Shown: piece after piece, positions 14,906-24,403 of the stretch
How positions within the stretch are numbered: position 1 is the stretch's first letter
Layout of the letters: each line of letters opens with the position of its first letter
NCBI GenBank assembly: GCA_047495785.1
Contig: JBLDXI010000024.1
Coordinates: 3,782,001-3,846,000, forward strand
Direction: 5' to 3'
Source: Lepidodermella squamata
Lineage: Eukaryota; Animalia; Gastrotricha
DNA length: 64,000 nucleotides
Notes under the pieces: model-generated
Seen by the model: only the letters and a program-made list of their open reading frames with translations
Told to the model about the DNA's origin: nothing
Databases searched by the model: none
Translations under genes and position numbers: made by a program

Positions 14906-17900
14906 ATGGTCGTGATTTTCAGTAAGCCGTTTGAAGATAGCGTGGCCAAAGTAGCAGTGGCATCTATTGCCGGTGTTGCTGTTGCTTATTTGTTGTCACG
15001 GGCTGCTGGTCACCACGAACCGGCTAAAAAATGGCGAGCTCCTTTCGCGGAAGACGCGCGCCGACCTCGACAACCCATGGAAATCGACAAGAAAAAGCGT
15101 GGGGAACGAATTAAAAAATGTAGGTCCAAAACATAATTTATTAAAATAAAATGAGCATTTTTTCTCAATTATTTTCACAGTATTTTGCCCGAATGAACTG
15201 CCATCTGAGATTGATGCTATAGTCATCGGATCAGGCATTGGTGGCATGACGGCAGCTGCTATACTGGCGAAAACCGGTCGAAAGGTTGTTGTTCTCGAAC
15301 AGCATGGTAAGGTTGGCGGGTGCTGCCACACTTTTTCTAAGGTGAGCTAAATTTTGATAACTAAAGTCTACTAACAAGTAAAAAGTTGAGAAAGCAAAGG
15401 CCATTCTGAATTTCCTTCATGAATATAATTCGAAAATAAAATTCAGGCCGAGTTTTTTTTGAAGATTTACGTACTTTTTAAAAAATAGCCCATAAATAAA
15501 GCCTCGATGGCCGAAGTTAAGAAAATATGAAATTGCCAAATTTCACAAAATTTTGAAATAAAAAGCTAAGATAGAAAAATATGTATTTTTTCCTTTAAGG
15601 ACGAAGCTGAATTCGATGTCGGAATTCACTACATCGGCAAAATGGCGCCGCAAGAGTTCAATCGATTCGTGCTCGACCAAATCACGGAGGGCCAACTCGA
15701 CTGGAGCGAACTCGCCGAAGACTACGACAACGTCGGCCTCGAAGATCCGAAAACAAAAAAAGTGACCATGGTACCCATCTACAAAAATCTCGAAAAATTC
15801 GAGGCAACCCTGGTGCAGAAATACCCGGCGAACGAGGCTGGAATTCGCGAGTATTTCCGCCTGATCCGCGATACTCAGAAATACAGCGATTATATCGGAT
15901 TTTTCAAGGTCGCGCCGCGTTGGCTTGTCAATTTCATGATTGCGCTATCATGGCCGTTTTTCCCCGGAATTCGCAAATTTTTCTACTATTTCAACAAAAC
16001 CAGCACCCAGGCGATTCTGGACAAGGTCGCGCCGGGCAATCAAGATTTGCAGACGATTTTATCGTATTGCTGGGGCGACGCTGGATCTCCGCCGAAAGAA
16101 GCGTCTTTCGGTCTAACCGCCGCTATTTTGAACCATTTCGCCCGCGGGGCTTTCTACCCAGTGGGCGGAGCTTCCGAAATCCCATTCACTATAACTCCAA
16201 TTATCGAGAAAAACGGCGGCAAAGTTTTGATGAAGGCGAAAGTTACCGAAATTTTGTTGTCAGACGATAAGAAAACCGCTGTCGGGGTTCGGGTTGAATA
16301 TGACAAGAAAAAGTCGGTGGAACTGAGGGCGCCCATCGTAATTTCCGATGCCGGCGTACCGAATACGTTCCTTCGGTTATTACCGGGTGAAGTTTCCGAA
16401 AAAACCCAACTAGGCCGACTGGTGCGTAACGGCCGGTTAAAACCGGGTTGCGCCATGTTTCAAGTTTTCATCGGTCTCAACGGGTCCCAGGAGGACCTAG
16501 GGCTGCCCAGCCGCAACTACTGGGTGACCTACGGGTGCTCGGTCGATGATTTGGAAGAGTGGAACAGTCTTGAGTTGAAAGAGGCGGTTAAGCAACGTGT
16601 CCCGATGCTGTTCCTCGGCTTCCCTAGCGCGAAGGACCCGAGCTACGCCGAACGCTGGCCGAACCGGTCGGTCTGCGTTGCGATCACCATTGTTCCGCAT
16701 CGTTGGTTCGAGCAGTGGCGCGGCGAGCCGAAGGGCAAGCGGGGCGAGGAGTACCAGGCGGCGAAAATGGCGTTGGCCGAACAAATATGGGAGCAGTTGG
16801 TGGAAATGTTCCCGCACATTGCCGACCGGAGGCGGTATTTCGATGCCGGCTCGCCCGTCACGGCTGATCACTACATGGCGGCGATGGCTGGTGAGGCGTA
16901 TGGCTTGGATCACAATATGGATAGGTTCTCTCCGGAAATCTTGACAGCGCTACGGCCTGATGTTCGTGAAATCAAGAATTTATACCTTTCAGGTTTGTTT
17001 TTTATTTTAATTAAAAATAATTTTTTTTTAAACAAAATAAATAACGCAAGCAAACAAAATACATGGAAAAGAATGAGAGGTGACGTTATATCTCATGGCC
17101 AAAAAATCCTTGAAAAAATTCAAAATACAACAAAATAGCAATGAAGTATTTCACTTGGATTAAAAAAATCCGGAGAAATTTGGCGCAACTGGGTAAAGTA
17201 CCGAAACCAGTTACCATCGGGATTTGCCGGGTTTTTTCTGGTAATTTTTCTTTTATTTTTCGGTAAAATCGTGGATAAATGATAGAAGATTCTCCTTGTA
17301 GTTATAATTCAGAATATTTGGATGAATTTCCTCGAAAATTCACCGAAATTGAAAAAATTGTTGCGCTACTTATGGGACATGATGTAAAATAATGGTAAAA
17401 ATTGAAATTGAAATTTCATAGTTTGTTTAAAAATAACTGATAACAAGTAGAAAATGGGGATTGAGGCAGGCGGTTTTATAGTGTAGATGTTGATGCCACT
17501 TTCGAAAATGAACGCAAGAATGATGCGAGCTACCGAGTTACAGCCAGCTTAATTGTTCATCGAATTATCGAATGTCATATCAATTGATAAGGATTGATAA
17601 GGAAACTCGTGTGATGACAGGACTAGTCTGGGGTTGTGAGTCGATAAGCCTCAACAAATCCATGGAAACAGCTTCGGCAGATTTTACCTCAAAATATGAG
17701 ATTCTAAATAGAAAATAGAAAATAGATGGTTTAAATGGATTTTATAGCCATTAACAACACGAAAACCCGAGTTGGTCCTAGAAATTACAAAATTAAGAGC
17801 AGAAATTTTCTTGGAACAAAGGCAATCTATAAGTTGACGCTGTCTTTCTATCTGGAAACTGAAAACCCAGTAAAGGTAAAGGACCAGAATTCCTGACGCA

Positions 17901-20411
17901 GGGCGTCATCGAGAGCGTGAAGATGTTTGCATGAAAGCAGAAATTCAACGATTCTCTTCGCATCCATTGATGCCACAACCTCCCGCATATCAAAAAGTTT
18001 CTTTGAGTATAGGCTCTCAGTCGATTCATAAGTAGGCCGAAACGACTTGAAGTTAAGCTGAAATCGAGGAACGTCGCTGGAAGGTCTAGGTATAACCACG
18101 ATTATTTCGTAACCTTGGATAGCAAAAGCTGATATCGCGTCGAGTAGTTTGTTAGGGTCCGGACATTTCTTGGCGCTCGGTTCTGTTTTGGTTGTTCGGT
18201 TTTGGTGTTCGGGATACGCAGTGTAAGTCGTGTATAGCCGTTCCCCTCGCGACTAGGCGACCAGCATAACATGTTGCCTTTAGTTACGGATAGCGCTACA
18301 ACCGCTGCGGATACGGAAAAGGCATTGTGACTTGACCAATGCCGAGAAACATGGCTTCCAGTGCCCGTTTAACGTCACCACCCGATTCAGAAACCAGTTG
18401 ATTCAAACTATCCAATGGTTTTTAGCCTCTGGATATGTTGAGACACTTGACTTTGCAACTAAATCAAAATAATCAACTGGTGCAATCTTAGGGATCAGGT
18501 TCGCGATATGATTACAGCCTCTTCATCCACAGTTTTTCGTTCGACAAATTTTATTGAAATAACGAACAATTTCGTACAAGAAAAAGTCATTTAATTGAGC
18601 AGGTCGTAAAATGATATAAGCTAATACAGTAACTGCTTTGAATCCGTCATCGCTGGAATTAGGCTCAAAAGGAATCGAAAATTCTTCCCCACACAAAATT
18701 GCCCATGCAACATTCAAATGAACTCGAGAAAGGCGATGTCGTTGTTGAGAATGTAAAACGCAGCCATTTGCGCTGAGATTTCCTGGTGATGCGTAATGTT
18801 ACGGAGTATTCTGGCTCGACCATAGCTGATAAGGTGTAGCCCTTGTTCTCAATTTGTTCTCCACGCTTCAGTCTCGATTCAATCGATTTGGCTATACTGC
18901 GCAGTAGACGTTTGAACAGTGTGACTTCTTGAAATGAAGTAAGGCCAAATAGAGAGGCCAAACTTCTCGGGTTAGTGGGTGAAACGTTGGCTTGAGTCTT
19001 TGAAATTTCGTTATTCTGCACTCAATTCACCGTCTGGCATGATCGTGACTATTACTATTATCGATTATCGATTATTGATTATCGATTTTTGCTGAATAAG
19101 TTTAAAGATGATTTTGGGGTGGCGATTAACTATTTCTTTTGTCCAAATGCGTATTCATTAGTTGTTGCTCAGCGCCGCTCAGTCGATGAAAGGGCGGGAA
19201 ATCGACATTCTGATTTATCGATGATGCTCACAGCGGTCTGAGGATTACCGATCGATTTACCATAAACGGCGTTCTCGAATCGCTCGTAAATCGCTAGCAA
19301 GACGTTTTTAGCTGCGTATAATTTTCTCTCCGGGTCATTCTCAAATTTCGCTTTTAAGTCTGGGTGATCGACGGATTTCGTCATGGCGTTAGTGAGCTAA
19401 TGCCCAGAAGCGCTTGTTGGGGTTATACGCGCTGTACCCTATGGTATGGGATGTGATAACCATTGTCTCCGCCTGAGTTTTTCTGAACAGTCGCCAATAC
19501 AGAACACGATTTGCCACATGCTCTTGTGAATAGTCAGATCCGTTATCAGTTGTTAGGAAGATATGAGGCCTCGATTTTGCCGAGAAGAGGCAAAGCTTTT
19601 GGTTGACCTGACAGGAGTAGTCACGTTGACGTAGAGCTGGCGGGAAAGGGGGCCAACAGGAACATGTTCCCAGCTAAACTGAGTGAGTGTCCGCGGGGCC
19701 TGCGCCTTCGGTCGACAAATTGTCTTGTATTTTCTAAATCTTGTCGAGCGTTCCGTAAAGCTTGGTCCCTTGAGAATGAAAAAGAAATGCATTTTCTATT
19801 TTTTTTATTTTCAGGTCGAAAAACTTACATTTGATAATTGTCCATTGATAATGTAGAGATTGAGGATTAGATAAAAAAAATTTGTTAAATGCGCTGGAAT
19901 CTTGAGACTTGAAAGTAAAATGTACGCGCACCATTCTGCCAATCACGCGCGCGTCGGCGTGATCGACAGAGTCATATCAAACAGAACATGCTTGAGGAAA
20001 GAAAATCGAAAATTCTTGTGTTTTGCGAGTTATTCGTATGAATCGGGATTTGGATAGTTTTCAGGCCCATAGCGGAGTGTCTTGCATAGCGGGCACTGAA
20101 TTGAGGGGTTTCGTTTGCTCGTTCAGCGTTTTATAGTTGAACGAACACGGTACAGATTAACTTGCGACACCGAGATGCATCCGTTAAGCTGGAATTTTGT
20201 AAAAATTTCTTTAGCTCCTTACAAAATTATTAGTAATTTTCTCTAATTTTTTAATTATTTTATTTTAGGCCAAGACGTGGTGACTTGTGGCTTCTCGAGC
20301 GCGCTCACCGGCGGTCTGCTGTGCGCGCATGCGATTTTGGCGACGACCGGCGAGGCGAAGAACATGTTCGGCGACCTGGGTCGGTTGTATAAGCGCAGCG
20401 TGAAGCAGTAA
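14906..20411 (+). CDS. RETSAT: RETSAT-like oxidoreductase, copy 3 (more diverged); exons approx 14906-15120, 15181-15341, 15600-16992, 20269-20411
   Basis: [59 protein letters not shown]; last exon GQDVVTCGFSSAL follows a 3.3 kb intron. Confidence 0.88.
17041..17386 (+). mobile_element. Degenerate copy of the ~350 bp TA-flanked MITE family (see 28205)
   Basis: Shares taacgcaa..aaa, atatctcatggcc, accgaa.ccagttaccatcggg and the right end cttatgggaca..tgta with the copies at 25791 and 28205. Confidence 0.7.
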
Positions 20412-21069
20412 TCGGAATGGAACGCATTTTCAGCATGAAGGACGCTTGAATATAGCTACCGGTTGAATATTAATTGTGATGGCGAACAATTATGATGACA
20501 TTCATGCATTCGATTATATATTTTGGTTTTTTTTGTATAATTTTTGAGAGAGAAAAATTGATTTTTGCGATGATTAGAGCGATTGCTTATCCTCCAAACA
20601 TCAGGCTGACATATTTTAGTCTATGAATATTTGAAATATTAAAGGTGGCTGAATTCTGATTTTTGGCTTCAAAATTAACGCAGGAAATAAAAAGAAACTG
20701 TAATGAATAAACGCTTGTTGATTTCTATGCCAAGTGATAAAAGAGAACAACAAAAGACAACTCGCGGATTTTTAGACAACACTTAAAGGCAAGAATTCGC
20801 TGTCCAATCGTTCATGGAAGACGTTTTTAGCAAATTCGTAGATGCCATTTTAGCTGTCGCTGGAAAGCTCTAGTCAATTTAACGTGTGGAAAAATTGTTT
20901 GGCTGTCTGAAGAAACCCTCTGAGGAAATTTACCCAAGTCCATTAGTCACCCCGGGTCATTTGGCATAAAAGGAGCCTTTCTAACAAAACGTGGGTGGAG
21001 AGTTTATTCTAGAAGCTAAGGACGATTCGTGTGGTTGAATTTTTTTCTAAAAGCTACCAAAACAAGCTA

Positions 21070-21255
21070 TGACGTCAAAGCGGGGTCTCTAGCCGCGCAT
21101 GTAACGCCGCAGTGGTTGCTACGTTTAATCTGGAGAATAACAAGCGTAACAACCCGGAAAATTACCTGCAACACGTGATGACTGAATTGATGTGTTTTTC
21201 TGATTTCAGGTAAACAGGTTTCCGAGCCAAATCGTCCGTAGATTCGGCTATAAAA
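21070..21255 (+). promoter_or_regulatory. Putative promoter of the small secreted-protein gene: CRE palindrome (21070-21077) and TATA box (21249-21255)
   Basis: TGACGTCA and TATAAAA about 100 bp upstream of ATG 21351. Confidence 0.5.
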
Positions 21256-21350
21256 TGGAGCCGAAATTGGGCAGAAAAGCATCAGATTCAAACCTTAGAT
21301 AAACATCCAACTCTAACTAAAACTACACACTACTACCTTCAACTTCAACC

Positions 21351-21686
21351 ATGCATTCATCAAAGCTGTTCATTGTAGCCATTGCTGCTGTGCTTCTCGT
21401 CGAGCTGGTCCTGTCAAAGCCTCTCGGAAAAGGAGACTCGAGCCACTCATCCGAGGAGAGAAATTCGACCCAGATTGCTGCAAGAGGAAGATCAGGGCCA
21501 AACAACAAATCCGCTGTCAGAGGGAGCAGCGGTGGATCGAACCGGCCGAAGCGAGCTGCCAGTGACAATGGCGCCAAGAAGCGAGGCAACAGTGGAGCCA
21601 CTGAGGCGACGAATAAAAAAGGCGCCAGCGGTGCAGTTGAAGCCGTCACTACAGCTCGCCCCAGGGGCCACCATAATCACCAATAA
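21351..21686 (+). CDS. Small secreted, basic, low-complexity protein (111 aa); possible peptide precursor
   Basis: Signal peptide MHSSKLFIVAIAAVLLVELVLS-KP; G/S/N/R/K-rich body with KR, KKR and KK sites; upstream TATA box; AATAAA about 21732. Confidence 0.7.
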   Translation: MHSSKLFIVAIAAVLLVELVLSKPLGKGDSSHSSEERNSTQIAARGRSGPNNKSAVRGSSGGSNRPKRAASDNGAKKRGNSGATEATNKKGASGAVEAVTTARPRGHHNHQ

Positions 21687-22111
21687 TCAATTCATTTAAA
21701 CACCGGTTTTTATTTGCTCGCAATAATTTTATAATAAAATGACTTTCATTTTGAAAAAATTTGATCTTGTTTACTCAGAATATCGTACACAATTTGGCGG
21801 AAATACATGTTCATCGTATGGATGCTTATCCGAATTGAAGGTCATGACTTTCAGCAGTCATTATTACTACCTGTGCAGTACCCAGCAGCCCGTATTTCGC
21901 GATGAAGACAGCGCCTATAACTTAATGCCTTAAACTTAACAAGGCTCAAAAATGAAACAAAAGTCAAAAACTTGACGATTTATCTATTTTATTGAAAATT
22001 ATAATCACAAAGGACTGATTAATACAGTTCATAGCGGAGCACATTGAAGAGATAATATAACAAGCACAATAGACAATGTCAGCAAAGTCAAAGTTTAATT
22101 TCGCCGCCATT

Positions 22112-22738
22112 TTAGATGCGATTGACAGTGATCGGAGTCGGAGCGACAATGGCTGGCTGCTGCGGGGGTGCTTCAACCTTGGGTGGCGGCAGCTTTGGCA
22201 GCGGCGCCTCGATGCAGAGCTGGCCGTCGTGGCTCATGCTCGACTGCAGCTCCAGCTTAGCCGGGTCGATGCTGGCGTCGTCGGGCAGGTACAGGTGGCG
22301 CAGGTAGTGGCGCTTCACACTCGCCCGGTTCTGCTCGTCCTTGGTCTCGTGGCTCGCCTCGACCTTGATGCAGCGCTGCTTCGAGTCCAGCGTCACGTTC
22401 ACCTCCTCGGGCTTGAAGTGCCGCAGGTCGAAGGTGCACTTCAGCCGCCGGTTGCCCTCCGCGTCCGTCTCGATCGGGTTCACCAGGCTGCGGTGCTCCA
22501 GCAGACTGCCCGGCCGCGTCGCCATGTTGTTGAGGGCGCTCGCCAGTTGCTGCTGCGAGGCGCGGAAATTGCGGTCCATGTTGCGGCGCAGGCGGTTCAT
22601 CTCGTGGCCGAGGGCCTCGAACGAACGGTCGTAGTCGAGGAAATTCGACAGCGCCATGTCGGCCAGGTGATCATCGACGACCAGCGACGGCCAGTCGAAG
22701 ACGGTTGGGCGAGAATAGTTCGTTAGCCAAAAGCTCAT
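22112..22738 (-). CDS. Small heat-shock protein (HSP20/alpha-crystallin domain), copy A, intronless
   Basis: FDLRHFKPEEVNV, IKVEASHE, RHYLRHLYLPDD..DP..L.SSMSHDGQL.IEAP (alpha-crystallin core); C-terminal I-X-V motif; upstream HSEs. Confidence 0.93.
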   Translation of the reverse strand: MSFWLTNYSRPTVFDWPSLVVDDHLADMALSNFLDYDRSFEALGHEMNRLRRNMDRNFRASQQQLASALNNMATRPGSLLEHRSLVNPIETDAEGNRRLKCTFDLRHFKPEEVNVTLDSKQRCIKVEASHETKDEQNRASVKRHYLRHLYLPDDASIDPAKLELQSSMSHDGQLCIEAPLPKLPPPKVEAPPQQPAIVAPTPITVNRI

Positions 22739-22868
22739 TTTTTACTGATATGTGCAAACAATCGTAAATCTGCAAACTGTTTTGTTAGAAAGAGTTGATG
22801 ATCAGTAGGTATTAGAAGTTCTTGTATCGGCTGAGTAGGAACACACCGCTCCAAATTAATTCAGCAGA

Positions 22869-22996
22869 ATTTATAGTTGCATAGAAATTTCCGGAAAAGA
22901 CCAGCATGCGGAATAGGTTAAACCTCTTGGCCGAAAATAGCATAAGTATTCTGGAAATTTCCTGCGGTCTGATAAGTCCATGGAAGTTTCTGGAAA
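22869..22996 (-). promoter_or_regulatory. Heat-shock promoter of sHSP A: TATA box plus three perfect HSEs
   Basis: aGAAatTTCcgGAAa (22883-22897), aTTCtgGAAatTTCc (22948-22962), gGAAgtTTCtgGAAa (22982-22996); TATAAAT on the minus strand at about 22869-22875. Confidence 0.85.
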
Positions 22997-23369
22997 CTAT
23001 ACAACGACGCCAGTACTGAGGGCCATCAGGCAGCAGGGCATATATGACCTAAAAATATAAAAATATCGCCTTTCAAAATAATCAAATTAATTATCAGCTG
23101 CAGATGATAGTTCTTCGGAAGTTTATTCACCGTGATCAAATTAAGGATTTAGCTGTGCACTGGCATTAGATCCTTGTCACCCTTTTTCATTTGATTGAAT
23201 GAGAATTTCGCATTTAAAGATTAAAGCAAAAAAGATTGATTTTTTACGCGATAAAAAAGAAAAACAAGTTTGAAAATGAATACTGTTAAGCTTGCTGAAT
23301 ATTCAAATTAAATTGGTGTGAAGTTTCCTAGCGTTTAGAGAAAGGCGTCAAAAGATGAAACACTATTGT

Positions 23370-23488
23370 GCACTCTGGTTTCCGCGCAGAACGTACAAAT
23401 CTTTCGCCTTTTACTAAAGATTTCCGTGCGTGGGAACATTCAATGAGCCTTCGGGCGATTTCTTGGGCTTCTCCTTCGACGAGAAGCG
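23370..23488 (+). ncRNA. U5: U5 spliceosomal snRNA, copy 1
   Basis: 5' ACTCTGGTTTC, invariant loop I stem AAATCTTTC-GCCTTTTAC-TAAAGATTTCCGTG, Sm-like GATTTCTTGG, 3' hairpin GCTTCTC..GAGAAGC. Confidence 0.93.
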
Positions 23489-23624
23489 AAATTAAAAAGA
23501 ACAAAATTCCCTCATTATGTCGTAGAACGTATATAATTTTAGCGGCTTCAGACTATCTATACGTTGTTCTCAAATTTTATCTCTTGGATTGGTTGGCCTC
23601 TAGAACAGTTCTCACTTTCATCAG

Positions 23625-23696
23625 GCGTCAGTGGTGTAACGGTCAGCATTGTTGCCTTCCAAGCAGCCGATCCGGGTTCGACTCCCGGCTGACGTA
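23625..23696 (+). tRNA. tRNA-Gly(TCC)
   Basis: 72-nt cloverleaf, anticodon loop CT-TCC-AA, GTTCGA T-loop; G1:T72 variant relative to the 62223 copy. Confidence 0.9.
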
Positions 23697-23781
23697 CAGT
23701 TTTTAGCTCACGTTTGAGGGTAGCAAACACATGACTAGTAAAAAGATTAAAGCTGATCTTCATCAAAGTTCGAGTTCGCGA

Positions 23782-23853
23782 GGTTCCATGGTGTAGCGGT
23801 TAGCACTCTGGACTCTGAATCCAGCGACTCGAGTTCGATTCTCGATGGGACCT
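23782..23853 (+). tRNA. tRNA-Gln(CTG)
   Basis: GGTTCCATGGTGTAGCGG..CTGGA-CTCTGAA-TCCAG..GTTCGA. Confidence 0.93.
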
Positions 23854-23951
23854 TGACATGTTTTTCAAGGAAACTTGGCTCACTGAACCGCTGGAAACCT
23901 TGCGATCATAATAGTTTTACCATGTTGTGAACCTTTTCTTTCACTAGCCTA

Positions 23952-24023
23952 GGGGGCATAGCTCAGTGGTAGAGCGTCTCATTCGCATTGTGAAAGTCTC
24001 GGGTTCAATCCCCGATGCCTCCA
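23952..24023 (+). tRNA. tRNA-Ala(CGC)
   Basis: G3:U70 identity pair, loop TT-CGC-AT; one T-T mismatch in the anticodon stem shared by all three copies. Confidence 0.88.
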
Positions 24024-24077
24024 GTTGGCAATTTTTTCGCGCAACTCCAAGATTAGTGCTAAAAATGGGAAAAGTAG

Positions 24078-24161
24078 TGTCAGAAGTGGGGTTCGAACCC
24101 ATGCCCTCTTTCGAGGACCAGATCTTGAGTCTGGCGCCTTAGACCGCTCGGCCATCCTGAC
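24078..24161 (-). tRNA. tRNA-Leu(CAA), intronless
   Basis: GTCAGGATGGCCGAGCGGTCTAAGGCG-CCAGA-CTCAAGA-TCTGG, long variable arm, 84 nt. Confidence 0.92.
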
Positions 24162-24245
24162 CTCATGACTGAACTTTCAATTGGATTGACATGAACCAGC
24201 GAGCATTCACGGAACTTCAAGTTTTTATAGGCTTTTACTTTATGC

Positions 24246-24293
24246 GAAATCAGATACGGTCTCCACGCTTAGGTTCAAATCCTACTGGCGATG
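24246..24293 (+). pseudogene. 3' half remnant of tRNA-Ser(AGA)
   Basis: gaaatcagatacggtctccacgcttaggttcaaatcctactggcgatg matches the 3' half of the Ser gene at 62066; 5' half absent. Confidence 0.75.
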
Positions 24294-24403
24294 AAAGTTC
24301 AATCTGATCACTTTTATTTTCCCATATATCCGATTTTCTTTGTACAAAAATCAACGTTCGTGCAAGCATGTAATAAAATACTGATTTTTCGTATAAAATA
24401 ATT

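Noticed and set aside
22076-22726. 216-aa and 229-aa (43675-44364) antisense ORFs overlapping the sHSP genes
   Set aside because: Expected by-product of extreme GC3 in the sense gene, which removes antisense stops; no domain or promoter evidence
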